Source of the DNA: Dehalococcoidia bacterium
Lineage (GTDB): Bacteria > Chloroflexota > Dehalococcoidia > Bin125
DNA: 64,000 nucleotides
Reading direction: 5' to 3'
Assembly: GCA_963663235.2 (NCBI GenBank)
Contig: CAXXNO010000012.1
Location: 407,333-471,332, forward strand
Shown in pieces: positions 21,252-30,880 of this stretch; position 1 is the first letter of the stretch; each line of letters opens with the position of its first letter. Below the pieces are notes generated by a model. The model saw only the letters and a list, made by a program, of their open reading frames with translations, did no database searches and was not told the origin of the DNA. The position numbers and the translations under genes are program-made.

Positions 21252-22331
21252 ATGAAAGTCGGCATCAACCTTCTCCTTTCCAATCCCGGGGACAAAGTCT
21301 CGGACCAGCAGTTGTGGCGGGATCATCTGCACCTCGCCAGCCTGGTGGAGCCGCTGGGCTACGATTCCGTCTGGGGCGTCGAGCATCACTTCACCGACTA
21401 CATCATCTCCCCGGACATCCTCCAGTTCTTGACCTGGGTGGCCGCCCGAACTGAACGGGTGGAGTTGGGGACGCAGGTCGTGGTGCTGCCCTGGCACGAC
21501 CCGTTGCGCGTCGCGGAGCAGATCGCGCTGCTGGACACCATTTCCGACGGGCGCTACATCTTCGGCTTCGGCCGGGGGGCGGCGCGGGTGGAATTCTCCG
21601 GCTTTCGCGTGCCGATGGAGGAAGCCCGTGGGCGCTTTGTTGAAGGCGCCGACATGATCATGAAGGGCTTCGAGACCGGCTACTGCGAGTACGACGGCGA
21701 ATACATCAAGCAGCCTCGTACGCCCATCCGCCCCACCCCGTTTAAGTCGCTCAAGGGCCGGAGCTATGCGGCGGCGATCTCACCAGAGACGATGGGGATC
21801 ATCGCCAGGCTCGGCGTGGGGATGCTGATCAACCCGCAGAAGCCGTGGGACACGATCCTGAAGGAGCTGGAAGACTATCGCAGCACCTTCCGTGAGGTGC
21901 AGGGGGTCGAAGCGCCGCCGCCGATCGCCGCCGTCTTCGGCTACTGCGATTCAGACGCCGAGCGGGCGGAAGCCGTCACCGATAAATACATGGGCGACTA
22001 CTACCAGTCCGCCCTCCGCCACTACGAATTCACCGGCGAGCATTTCAGCTCAATCAAGGGTTACGAGTTCTACGCAAAGATGTCTCACATCATGAACAAG
22101 GTCGGGGGCGAGGGCGCGTCGGACTTCTTCCGCAACCTGCAGCCCTGGGGCACGCCGGACCAGTGCATCGAGAAGATCATCGATACACAAAATAAGATCG
22201 GCTTCGACCACCTCACGTTGAACTTCGCCTTCGCCCACCTGCCGGTGGAGGACGCGGAGCGCAGCATGCGGCTCTTCGCCCAGGAGGTGCTACCGGTGAT
22301 CAAGAAGATCGAGGTCGCCGCCCCGGCCTAG
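21252..22331 (+). CDS. LLM-class flavin-dependent monooxygenase (paralog 2)
   Basis: Same motifs; SD GGAGG before ATG 21252. Confidence 0.92.
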   Translation: MKVGINLLLSNPGDKVSDQQLWRDHLHLASLVEPLGYDSVWGVEHHFTDYIISPDILQFLTWVAARTERVELGTQVVVLPWHDPLRVAEQIALLDTISDGRYIFGFGRGAARVEFSGFRVPMEEARGRFVEGADMIMKGFETGYCEYDGEYIKQPRTPIRPTPFKSLKGRSYAAAISPETMGIIARLGVGMLINPQKPWDTILKELEDYRSTFREVQGVEAPPPIAAVFGYCDSDAERAEAVTDKYMGDYYQSALRHYEFTGEHFSSIKGYEFYAKMSHIMNKVGGEGASDFFRNLQPWGTPDQCIEKIIDTQNKIGFDHLTLNFAFAHLPVEDAERSMRLFAQEVLPVIKKIEVAAPA

Positions 22332-22368
22332 CGCACGCGCCAAGGCCGCTGATCCACTCTGTCTGCCT

Positions 22369-22397
22369 CCCGAGCGCGCCCTCTGGGCGCGCTCGGG
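22369..22397 (+). terminator. Perfect 13-bp hairpin between LLM paralogs 2 and 3
   Basis: CCCGAGCGCGCCC-TCT-GGGCGCGCTCGGG; no U-tract. Confidence 0.5.
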
Positions 22398-22494
22398 GCG
22401 ATCCCGTCCGTCCTAGGATCCAGCCAGGCGACCGCGGGTGCGCGCCGATCCGCTAGAATACCGAGAATCGCGCAACAACCAGTGGAGGGCATCG

Positions 22495-23574
22495 ATGAAG
22501 GTCGGACTGAATCTCGTCTTTTCCAACCCCGTTGACTACAAATCGGACCTAGATCTCTGGCAGGAGCACCTCCAACACGCCGACCTGGCCGAGCCGCTCG
22601 GCTTCGACTCGGTCTGGGGTGTGGAGCATCACTTCACCGATTACATCATCTGTCCGGACGTCCTTCAGTACCTGACCTGGGTCGCCGCGCGCACCGAGAA
22701 GATTCAAGTGGGCTCGCAGGTTGTCGTGCTGCCCTGGCACGACCCGCTGCGCGTCGCCGAGCAGGTCGCGCTCTTGGACACTATGTCCAACGGCCGCTTC
22801 ATCTTCGGCATAGGGCGAGGCGCCGCGCGGGTGGAGTTCAACGGCTTCCGCGTCCCGATGGAGCAGACCCGCGGCATGTTTGTTGAGAGCGCCGAGATGA
22901 TCCTCCAGGGACTGGAGACCGGCTACTGCGAGTACGACGGGGAATACATCAAACAGCCGCGCGTCCCGATTCGTCCCGCGCCTTTCAAGTCATTCAAGGG
23001 CCGGACCTACGCCGCCGCCATCTCGCCCGAGACGATGGGCATCGTCGCTCGGCTCGGGGTGGGGATGCTGATCAACCCCCAGAAACCGTGGGACCTGGTC
23101 GACAAGGAACTGAACGAATACCGCACCACCTTCCGCGAGATCCACGGGGAGGCGGCGCCGCCCCCGGTCGTCGAGATCTTCAGCTACTGCGACGCGAACG
23201 CTGAGCGTGCCAAGGCGATGATCGCGAAACACCTGGCCGACTTCTACCGCACGATCCTCCGACACTACGAGTTTGCCGGCGATCACTTCTCCTCGATCAA
23301 GGGCTACGAGTTCTACGGCAAGATGTCGAAGATCTTGCAAAAGTCCGGCGACGAGGGCGCAATCAAGTTCTTCCTTGACCTGCAGCCGTCGGGCACGCCC
23401 GACGAGTGCATCGAGCAGATCCTCGAGATCCGAGAGAAGATTGGGTTCGACCACATCAACGTGACCTTCGCCTTCGCCGAGATGCCGATGGACGAGGCCG
23501 AAAAGAGCATGCGGCTCTTTGCCTCGGAGGTCATGCCGGTGCTCCAGAAGACCGAGGTGGCCACGCCCGCCTGA
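22495..23574 (+). CDS. LLM-class flavin-dependent monooxygenase (paralog 3)
   Basis: Same motifs; SD GGAGG before ATG 22495. Confidence 0.92.
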   Translation: MKVGLNLVFSNPVDYKSDLDLWQEHLQHADLAEPLGFDSVWGVEHHFTDYIICPDVLQYLTWVAARTEKIQVGSQVVVLPWHDPLRVAEQVALLDTMSNGRFIFGIGRGAARVEFNGFRVPMEQTRGMFVESAEMILQGLETGYCEYDGEYIKQPRVPIRPAPFKSFKGRTYAAAISPETMGIVARLGVGMLINPQKPWDLVDKELNEYRTTFREIHGEAAPPPVVEIFSYCDANAERAKAMIAKHLADFYRTILRHYEFAGDHFSSIKGYEFYGKMSKILQKSGDEGAIKFFLDLQPSGTPDECIEQILEIREKIGFDHINVTFAFAEMPMDEAEKSMRLFASEVMPVLQKTEVATPA

Positions 23575-23639
23575 GGCACATCGCGCGCGGGACGACCGTG
23601 CAGCCCGGGCGGTGCGCATCGCCCGGGCCGCGCGCTGTC

Positions 23640-23912
23640 TCAGGCCGCTTCCTGGTTCCGGCCAGCCAAAAGCATCCCTCCGGCCAGCGCCAGGGGGATG
23701 CCGCCGATCCGCCCGTACTCCCAGACGAAAAGAATCGATGCTCCCAGCCCGATGGCGACCATCAGCGCCGACGCGAGGAGAGGCGCGCGGCGGACAGAGA
23801 CGCTCGCCGCGAAGCCCAACGGCCAGACGAGCGCCGTGTCGGCCCAGGACCAGCCCGCATAGTCCATGCCGTCGGCTGCGTTGACCGCCATCACCCCGAG
23901 GACCACGGCCAA
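23640..23912 (-). CDS. Small membrane protein, start uncertain
   Basis: Several hydrophobic segments; fills the gap between convergent genes; no clear SD. Confidence 0.4.
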   Translation of the reverse strand: MAVVLGVMAVNAADGMDYAGWSWADTALVWPLGFAASVSVRRAPLLASALMVAIGLGASILFVWEYGRIGGIPLALAGGMLLAGRNQEAA

Positions 23913-23981
23913 CCCCGTTGCCGAGGCCAGCGCCCCGACCCAAGACCCGGCACGCCGTCCCGAGCGATCATCGTCGCTTCC

Positions 23982-24776
23982 TCACGGCGCGGGTGCGGTG
24001 CCGTGACCGGCGAAGTCTGTGATCACGTCCGCCAGCCCCTCGGGTACTTCCCAAGGGATGAAGTGGCCAACCCGGTAGAAAACATGCAGGGCGGAGTTCG
24101 GGATGCGCGCGGCGTCAGCCAAGTTGTCGTTGCGTAGGAAGTCGCGGTCGCCAACGACGACCATCGTCGGTGCGGTGATCTCGCCCAAGCGCGCCGCAAT
24201 GTGCATTCGCTCCATGGTCTGCCAGGATTCCTCCAGGTGTCCCTCGGAGCAGCCAACCGCGTCCTCCACGTAGATTTTGAACAGCTCCTCCCGGGGCGGC
24301 CGAGTCCACAGCGTCTTGGCCGTCTCCCGGTACAGGGACGGATTCGCGCGCGCCTCCCGCATGCCGCGCAGGAACTCATCCGACCAGTCCGCGCCCTCCC
24401 AGCCGTCGGCCGGGGCGGGCGCGATCAGAATGAGGCTGCGCAGCCGCTGAGGGTGACGGAGCGCGAGCTGCATCCCGGTCATGCCTCCCATGGACGTGCC
24501 GGCGTAGTGAAACGTCTCCACGCCAAGGCCCGACATCGCCGCGGCGATGTCGTCGGCGTACTGAACCGGATCATAGCCAGAATCCGGCCGATCGCTTTCG
24601 CCCGCCCCGCGGAGGTCGAAGGCGAAGACGCGGAACCGATCGAGCGGCAGGTTTGCTATGACGTCGCACCAGACGCGATGCGAACTCTGGTAGCCGTGGA
24701 CCAGCACCAACGGCTCAGGTCCGTCGCCCACTTCCTGGTAGTGCAACTGGATCTCGTTCGCCTGGACCCGTGGCAT
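23982..24776 (-). CDS. Alpha/beta hydrolase
   Basis: LVHG, FDLRGAGES, GTSMGG nucleophile elbow, GH near the C-terminus; SD GGAGGT. Confidence 0.92.
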   Translation of the reverse strand: MPRVQANEIQLHYQEVGDGPEPLVLVHGYQSSHRVWCDVIANLPLDRFRVFAFDLRGAGESDRPDSGYDPVQYADDIAAAMSGLGVETFHYAGTSMGGMTGMQLALRHPQRLRSLILIAPAPADGWEGADWSDEFLRGMREARANPSLYRETAKTLWTRPPREELFKIYVEDAVGCSEGHLEESWQTMERMHIAARLGEITAPTMVVVGDRDFLRNDNLADAARIPNSALHVFYRVGHFIPWEVPEGLADVITDFAGHGTAPAP

Positions 24777-24860
24777 AGTCACCTCCGTTCAGCGCATCGG
24801 TGTGCGGCTAGCCCAGGGCAGGATAGCGCCGCCAGGCCCCCGCCCACGTAGGATCGCTCG

Positions 24861-25628
24861 GTGAGCCGGATTGACAACTCCTGGTATGACGGACTCCACG
24901 ATGCCTGGTGGGACCCCGGCGGGCCCGTCCGCGCCCTGCATGAAGTAAACCCTGTGAGCCTCGACTACTTCCTGGGCGTTCTCGGCGACCTGCGCGGCCG
25001 ACGCGTGCTGGATCTCGGCTGCGGAGGCGGTCTGATGACTGAGACGTACGCGCGCGCCGGGGCCATCGCCGTGGGATTGGATCTCTCGCTGCCGTCGCTG
25101 CGGGCGGCGCGGCGCCATGCGCGAACCGCGCCAGACGGCACGCCTCGATACGTCGGAGCGCGGGCGGAGTCGCTCCCGTTCGGCGATGCCACGTTCGACG
25201 TCGTTTGCACCGCCGACAGCCTGGAGCACGTGGACGACCTGCCCACCGTCCTGGATGAATCCAGCCGTGTCTTGCGGCCGGGCGGCCTCTTCATCTTCGA
25301 CACGATTAACCGGACATGGCGATCGCGGGTCATGATGATCTGGGCCGCACAGCACGTGCTACGATTCGCGCCTCAGCGAACGCACGTATTCGAACGCTTC
25401 ATCCGGCCGAAGGAGCTGCGCGCCTCCCTGAACGCGCGTGGGCTTGGCTGGCGGGAGTTGCGCGGGTTGAGCCTGCGCCGGCACCCGGCCATCGCCGCCT
25501 GGCTCTACGTGACCAGCGGACGCCTGGGCGGGTTCACCCTCAGCAAGGATACGCGTGTCTCCTACGTCGGCTATGCCCGCAAGGATCCGGCGGGGCGGGG
25601 CGGCGCTTCCGGGTCCGCATCGACTTGA
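24861..25628 (+). CDS. UbiG-like SAM-dependent O-methyltransferase
   Basis: WWDP..LHEVNP, VLDLGCGGG, LEHV, LRPGGLFIFDTINRT, FIRPKEL. Confidence 0.85.
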   Translation: MSRIDNSWYDGLHDAWWDPGGPVRALHEVNPVSLDYFLGVLGDLRGRRVLDLGCGGGLMTETYARAGAIAVGLDLSLPSLRAARRHARTAPDGTPRYVGARAESLPFGDATFDVVCTADSLEHVDDLPTVLDESSRVLRPGGLFIFDTINRTWRSRVMMIWAAQHVLRFAPQRTHVFERFIRPKELRASLNARGLGWRELRGLSLRRHPAIAAWLYVTSGRLGGFTLSKDTRVSYVGYARKDPAGRGGASGSAST

Positions 25629-25647
25629 ACCACGCTAGACTGGCGCC

Positions 25648-25965
25648 GTGACCGAAGTCCGCGACATCGCGCTCATCGCCGGGTTCATTGCGCTGACATT
25701 GTTGGCGCTTATGGCGCTGGCCGCCGTCACGATCGCGGGTTATATCACGTTCCGCATCGTGCGGGGGCTCCGGCGCCTTCACGATGGGCGACTGGAGCCA
25801 GCCGTCGAGCGGCTCAGCGCCAGGCTGCGCGAGCGCGGCGAACAGGGGCCGATGTCGGCCGCAGAGGTGGCCGGGCAGCTCTTCCGTAGCGTCCGGCTGC
25901 TGCGCGCCGTCCGCCGGCGGAAACGGAAACGGCGCCGTGCGCGATTCGCCTTCCTGCGGGCGTAG
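25648..25965 (+). CDS. Small membrane protein with basic tail
   Basis: Long N-terminal hydrophobic segment; fits between co-oriented genes; TAGACT 6 nt upstream of GTG. Confidence 0.6.
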   Translation: MTEVRDIALIAGFIALTLLALMALAAVTIAGYITFRIVRGLRRLHDGRLEPAVERLSARLRERGEQGPMSAAEVAGQLFRSVRLLRAVRRRKRKRRRARFAFLRA

Positions 25966-26004
25966 GCCGCTGATGCGTGGCCGCCACTCGCCGACGGCAT
26001 CGCT

Positions 26005-27087
26005 GTGAAGGCCGCGATCCTCCACGAGCCGAAGCAGCCTCTCACGATCGAGCAGATTTCGATCCGCGATCCACAGCCGAACGAGGTCCTGGTCCGCACG
26101 GTCGTGAGCGGCGTGTGCCACACGGACCTCCATATGGCGGACGGCAAATGGAGCGTCAGCACACCCGTCGTGCTGGGACATGAGGCCACCGGCGTTGTGG
26201 AAGAGGTCGGCTCGGCGGTGCGCTACGTTCGCCCCGGCGACCGCGTTCTGATCTCCGGGATGCCGTTCTGCGGTCGCTGCACCTTCTGCCTTTCCGGCCG
26301 GCCCTTCCTCTGTCGCGACGCGGCGATCCGGGCTCAGAGCGCAGATCGGTTGAACTGGAACGGAACGCCGGTCACGCAATACTCCTTCGTGTCCTCCTTT
26401 GCCGAGTACATGCTCACGAACGAGACGGGCCTCGTGAAACTGCCGGACGCCATGCCGATGGTCGAAGCCACCCTGATCGGCTGTGGGGTGATGACCGGGG
26501 TGGGAGCGGCGCTCTACACGGCGGCAGTGCCGGGTGGCGCGGTAACCGCCGTCCTGGGCTGCGGTGGTGTGGGGCTCAGCATCGTGCAGGGGTGCCGCAT
26601 TGCCGGGGCAAGCCGGATCGTCGCGATCGATCTAGTCGACCACCGACTCGCCCTGGCGCAGCAGTTTGGAGCCACCGACGTCATCAACGCCCGGAACGCC
26701 GATCCCGTACAGGCGGCCAAAGCGCTCACGGGCGATGGCGTGGAATTCGCCTTCGAGGCGATCGGGGATGTCCAGGCGGCGCGTCAGGCGTTCGACATGG
26801 TGCAGCGTGGCGGGACGGCGGTGATCGTCGGCGGCATGCCGCACGGCGCCGAGATCCGTCTGCCAGGGCTAGATTTCCTCTGGGAGGCGAAGCGGGTCAT
26901 CGGTTGCCTGTACGGCAGCACCCGCTTCCGCGAGCACATGCCCAAGCTGATGGCGCTCTACCTCCAGGGCCGGCTCAGACTGAGCGAGATGATCAGCGAG
27001 CGCTACACGTTGGAGCAGATCAATGACGCCTTCCGCGCAATGGAACAGGGCACCGTGATCCGCCCCATCATCGAGTTCGATTCCTAG
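26005..27087 (+). CDS. Zn-dependent alcohol dehydrogenase (class III-like)
   Basis: GVCHTD, GHE, CGRCTFC...C, IGCGVMTG, GCGGVG. Confidence 0.93.
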   Translation: MKAAILHEPKQPLTIEQISIRDPQPNEVLVRTVVSGVCHTDLHMADGKWSVSTPVVLGHEATGVVEEVGSAVRYVRPGDRVLISGMPFCGRCTFCLSGRPFLCRDAAIRAQSADRLNWNGTPVTQYSFVSSFAEYMLTNETGLVKLPDAMPMVEATLIGCGVMTGVGAALYTAAVPGGAVTAVLGCGGVGLSIVQGCRIAGASRIVAIDLVDHRLALAQQFGATDVINARNADPVQAAKALTGDGVEFAFEAIGDVQAARQAFDMVQRGGTAVIVGGMPHGAEIRLPGLDFLWEAKRVIGCLYGSTRFREHMPKLMALYLQGRLRLSEMISERYTLEQINDAFRAMEQGTVIRPIIEFDS

Positions 27088-27177
27088 CCCGCCGGTGGCC
27101 CCGAACGCCGCCGGACGATACGCTAGTGCGCGCTCGCGGTCGTCCTGCGCCGCCAGGCGAGCGGGGGTCTATGCCCA

Positions 27178-28068
27178 ATGCCCAAGATTCTGATTCCCCT
27201 CGACAGCTCAGCGACATCCACCGGCACGCTTGCCGGCGCGCGCGCGATCATGGGCCAGCGGCCGTGGACCGTGCGCCTGCTCTACGCCGGCGCAGACCCC
27301 GAAGGGCTGGAGCGCGCCCATCTGGAGAGCGTGGCGGACGGGATGCGGGCTGAAGGGCATTTCCCCGCGGTCGTAATGACGGGGGGCAACAATTCCGCCA
27401 AGACGATCGTGCGCGCAAGCGTTGCGCCCAAGATGGACGTGGTCGTTCTCCCACATGAGGCGCGCGCCGAGGCCGACAGCTGGCTCACCGCCGCCGTCGC
27501 GCTGGAGGTGGCGGAGCAGGTGCAGTTCTGTCCGGTCCTGTTAATGCAGCGGTCTCCAGCCAACGACGGCTGGCAAGACTACGCCGTGCGACAGATCCTC
27601 GTGCCGCTGGACGGGTCCACGACGGCGGAACTGGGTGTCGACGTCGCGCTGGGGCTATCTGAGCGCCTGGGCGCCCGGATCACCGTCGTGGTTGCCGTGT
27701 CCCCGGAGCCAAGCGGTGCGGCGCCGGCATCCCCATCACCGGACGGTGAGAACGCTGAGCCGGCGCTTCGGGACGAAGCGGATGCGCAGAGCTATCTTGA
27801 CGGCCTGACGGAGCGCCATCGTGACCGCATCCGCTTCGGCCGCGTCGTCGCGGACGGCGTCGCCGAGGAGGCCATCATCTCGACGGCGACAGCGCAGCGC
27901 GCCGATCTGATCGCCATGACCACGCACGGCACGCGCGGCACGGTTCGCACCGGGCTCGGTCTTGTCGCGCGGGCAGTAGCCCGCGCATCAAGCGTGCCGG
28001 TGATGCTGGTCCGCCCGACCGGCGCCGAGGCGCGCTTCGGTTCGGTCGCTTTGCTGCGCGGACGCTAG
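27178..28068 (+). CDS. Universal stress protein, two Usp domains
   Basis: KILIPLD, QILVPLDGS, DLIAMTTHG, VPVMLVR. Confidence 0.85.
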   Translation: MPKILIPLDSSATSTGTLAGARAIMGQRPWTVRLLYAGADPEGLERAHLESVADGMRAEGHFPAVVMTGGNNSAKTIVRASVAPKMDVVVLPHEARAEADSWLTAAVALEVAEQVQFCPVLLMQRSPANDGWQDYAVRQILVPLDGSTTAELGVDVALGLSERLGARITVVVAVSPEPSGAAPASPSPDGENAEPALRDEADAQSYLDGLTERHRDRIRFGRVVADGVAEEAIISTATAQRADLIAMTTHGTRGTVRTGLGLVARAVARASSVPVMLVRPTGAEARFGSVALLRGR

Positions 28069-28086
28069 CTAGCGCTGGGGCAGCCG

Positions 28087-28716
28087 CTAGCTCTTGCCCA
28101 CAGTCGTCTTGGCGACGACCTTCACGCCCTGAATCGTGCCCTCGACCGATCGGCGAACGCGCACAGCCGCCGCATCGCTCACCTCACCGGCAGCCTCAAT
28201 CGCGCCGGTCGCCGCGGCGGCCGCGGCCTCTTCCACGCTGAGCCCCGTCTTCTTCGCCACCTCAATGGCGCCTTCGACCGCACCAACGGCGGCGGTGGTG
28301 ATGTCCGCCCCGATCGCGGCGGTCTCCGTCACTGCGCCGCGGCTTGTCTTGCCGATGGCGTCGATCGTCTCGGTCCCGACCTGTGCGGAGCCCTGCACGG
28401 CGCCGATCACGGCGCCCTTGGCCGCATTGCCCACGGAGCTTCCCACCTGTGTCGCTGCGTCCACGGTCGTCGTCAAGGTATTGGCCGTGGTCTGCGCGGC
28501 TTGACCCCCGACATCCCCGACGGCGTCGATGGCGCCTTTCACCGCTCCCACGGCCACGCCACCGGCGGCGGCGCCGGTTTCGCCCGCCGCTTCGACCGTC
28601 TTCTGCACCGTTGACGCGACCGTATCCACAGTCGCTTGCGTGATCTCCCCGGTCCCTTTGATCACGCCGATGATGCTGCCCTTGACCCGCCGGCCGATCT
28701 CACGTTCGTCTACCAT
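28087..28716 (-). CDS. Ala/Gly/Thr/Val-rich helical repeat hypothetical protein
   Basis: Repeated GAVxGA(I/V)xA units; SD AAGGAAG before ATG 28716. Confidence 0.75.
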   Translation of the reverse strand: MVDEREIGRRVKGSIIGVIKGTGEITQATVDTVASTVQKTVEAAGETGAAAGGVAVGAVKGAIDAVGDVGGQAAQTTANTLTTTVDAATQVGSSVGNAAKGAVIGAVQGSAQVGTETIDAIGKTSRGAVTETAAIGADITTAAVGAVEGAIEVAKKTGLSVEEAAAAAATGAIEAAGEVSDAAAVRVRRSVEGTIQGVKVVAKTTVGKS

Positions 28717-28875
28717 CCCACTTCCTTTCACTGAAACAGGGCCCCGTCGGTTGCGCCACACCGGCCGGGGGAAAACAGACCTAAAAATCGCCCGAGCCGG
28801 GCGAGGACGCTCAAAGAGGCTAGCACAGAGGCCTCAGCCGAGCATCCTGTCTCACACGGAAGTGGGCCTCGGGCG

Positions 28876-29176
28876 CTACGTGACGCCGACGATACGGCCG
28901 CCCGTCAGGATTCGCAAGTCAGAGGGGCGGAGACGAAAGACCGCGGGCGGCGTGCCGGCGGGCCGCCCAGATCTCGTCGTACCGGAGCAGATCCTCATCG
29001 ATGAGTACCTGCATGGGCTCGCGATGGCCGACCGGCGGCACCCCGCAGCCGAGGGCCGCCGCCGCTTCCGTCGCGGTGCGCGTGGTGGCGGGCAGCTCCC
29101 GCACCGACAGCGTCATGCCGCGGGCCGCGATCGCCTCTTGCACGCGGCGGGCGCTATTACTCAGCGGCTCAGCCAT
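28876..29176 (-). pseudogene. YbaK/EbsC aminoacyl-tRNA deacylase remnant
   Basis: TRTATEAAAALGC fused directly to GVPPVGH (central part missing), then IDEDLL..DEIWAA; frameshift at about 28961 before AGTP.AVF. Confidence 0.75.
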
Positions 29177-30086
29177 TGGCGCCCTCCTCCCCAGAGCCGC
29201 CGCGCCGCACCTCCACGCTGCCGAGCGACTCGAACACCCGCACCAATGCCTGTGTGCCCTCGTCGCCGGCGCCCTCCGCGTCAAGCGAGAGGAATAGCTG
29301 ATGCGCCAGAGCCGTTCCGGGCAACGGGAGCCCCAGTGCGTCCGCCGCAGCCAGGGCGAGACGCAGATCCTTCTGCTGGAGCTTGACCGTGAATCCCGGG
29401 GCGAAATCGCGGTCGAGTACACGCGGTGCGAGGTTGCTTAGCATCCACGAGCCCGCCGCCCCGGAACTCACGGCTTCCAGCATCTTCGCCGGGTCGACTC
29501 CGGACTTCTGTGCCAGCACCAAGCATTCACTCATCGCCAAGAGGTGAATCGCGCCGGCCACCTGATTGCACAGCTTGACGGACTGTCCCGCCCCGACCGG
29601 GCCGACGTGCACGATCGTCTTGCCCATCGCCTCAAGAATCGGGCGGCAGCGCTCCACCACGGCCGCCTCGCCGCCGACCATGATCGCTAGGGTGCCGGTT
29701 TTGGCGCCGCCTTCGCCGCCAGACACCGGCGCGTCCAGCACCGCCACGCCCCTCTCTGCGAGGCGATTCGCCAGGCGGCGCGTCACCGCAGGGCTGATGG
29801 TGCTCATGTCGATGAACACGTCTCCAGCCCCAAGTCCCTCGGCGGCGGGGTCCGGCCCAAACAGCACCTGCTCAACGTCCGGAGAGTCGGTCACCATCGT
29901 GATGAGCACATCGCTGGCTTCGGCGACGGCGCACGGCCCGGCGGCCGCAAGGGCCCCGGCGTCGACGGCTGCATCGACGCCCGGGCGGCTGCGGTTCCAG
30001 ACGGCTACCTGGTAGCCGGCGCGCAGCAAGTTCGCCGCCATCGGCCGACCCATGATGCCAAGGCCTATGAAGCCGATCCGCTCCAT
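29169..30086 (-). CDS. Beta-hydroxyacid dehydrogenase (2-hydroxy-3-oxopropionate reductase / MmsB family)
   Basis: GFIGLGIMG, DMSTISP, LDAPVSGG, KLCNQ, KDLRLA. Confidence 0.92.
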   Translation of the reverse strand: MERIGFIGLGIMGRPMAANLLRAGYQVAVWNRSRPGVDAAVDAGALAAAGPCAVAEASDVLITMVTDSPDVEQVLFGPDPAAEGLGAGDVFIDMSTISPAVTRRLANRLAERGVAVLDAPVSGGEGGAKTGTLAIMVGGEAAVVERCRPILEAMGKTIVHVGPVGAGQSVKLCNQVAGAIHLLAMSECLVLAQKSGVDPAKMLEAVSSGAAGSWMLSNLAPRVLDRDFAPGFTVKLQQKDLRLALAAADALGLPLPGTALAHQLFLSLDAEGAGDEGTQALVRVFESLGSVEVRRGGSGEEGANG

Positions 30087-30228
30087 CCATACCCCCCCAC
30101 ATCCGGCCCGTAGAGGACTACGATGGCCGCGAATCGATCGCGTGGCAAGGCGCCATCCCAACCCAGCGTCCAGGCGCAAGAATGGAGTGCGGCCGCGACG
30201 AGCGGTAGCCGATGAGAGAAAGCGAATC

Positions 30229-30456
30229 GTGACGAATCTGCCGACAGATCCGACGGAAGCGCCGACGCGCGGCGAGCGATTCCGCGACGAACTCAAGAAC
30301 ATTCCCAAAGCCATCTGGTTCTTGATCTCGCTGGTGCTCTACGGCGTTGGGCTCGCACTTTCGGTCGCAGGGCGGGCGCTGATCACGCTGAGCAGATGGG
30401 GTCCAGACGAGACCGCTGCGGCCGCGCCGTATACCTCACCCGAGTCCGAGCGCTGA
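30229..30456 (+). CDS. Small single-span membrane protein
   Basis: GTG start after GAGAGAAAG; hydrophobic AIWFLISLVLYGVGLALSVAG segment. Confidence 0.45.
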   Translation: MTNLPTDPTEAPTRGERFRDELKNIPKAIWFLISLVLYGVGLALSVAGRALITLSRWGPDETAAAAPYTSPESER

Positions 30457-30584
30457 GTCGGGCTACGCTGACTTCTGCCTGTAACCACTATGTAAAATAC
30501 GCCGGGCGAGAGCAGGGCGGAAAGCCCGCGTCCGCACGAGCGGCTCCAGATGGTCTATAGTTAGGTCTCGTTGAACAATTGAAT

Positions 30585-30715
30585 AGCGAATGGGCCGAAT
30601 CCCTCTACCCAGAGGGAGCGGGGGACCCGATTTTCGGGGTGAATGGGGCGAAAACGCCCCTAGGCGCACTCCTTCGCGCCGAACCCGACAGCTAACCTCG
30701 TAGGCGACTGAAGGG
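30585..30715 (+). promoter_or_regulatory. c-di-AMP riboswitch (ydaO-yuaA family)
   Basis: GCCGAATCC...GGGGGACCC..TTTTCGGGGTGAAT...GAACCCGACAGCTAACCTCGTAGGCG matches the conserved ydaO blocks; TATAGT -10-like box at 30556. Confidence 0.88.
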
Positions 30716-30732
30716 GAATTCGGATCTTCAGT

Positions 30733-30763
30733 TGCCGACCCTACCCAGCGCGTCGGCATTTTT
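30733..30763 (+). terminator. Intrinsic terminator (riboswitch expression platform)
   Basis: TGCCGAC...GTCGGCA followed by TTTTT. Confidence 0.75.
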
Positions 30764-30880
30764 ATGTCCGTGCCCGGTAGCGGTGGGCCCATCCAACAAC
30801 GCGGGAATCCGTCGGCTGCTCTCGCAGCGGTCGGCGGCCCAAAAAGGGACAGGGCTCTCGCTCTCCCTGTCCGCCTCCTG

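Noticed and set aside
10542-24000. Prophage or integrative island at tRNA-Arg
   Set aside because: No integrase, no duplicated tRNA 3' end seen, no phage genes, and composition like the host
23640-24776. UGA read-through or selenocysteine fusion of the hydrolase with the in-frame downstream membrane ORF
   Set aside because: The hydrolase fold is complete before the TGA, there is no Cys-equivalent position and no evident SECIS; in-frame adjacency is common by chance
24861-25628. Assigning ubiG and ubiquinone synthesis
   Set aside because: No other ubi genes nearby; the UbiA-family gene here is of the DPPR-synthase type
30490-30545. GAAA-capped hairpin upstream of the c-di-AMP riboswitch as a possible c-di-GMP-I riboswitch
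   Set aside because: Lacks the GGCAAA / GACGCAAAGC core and P2 stem, and lies upstream of the putative -10 box
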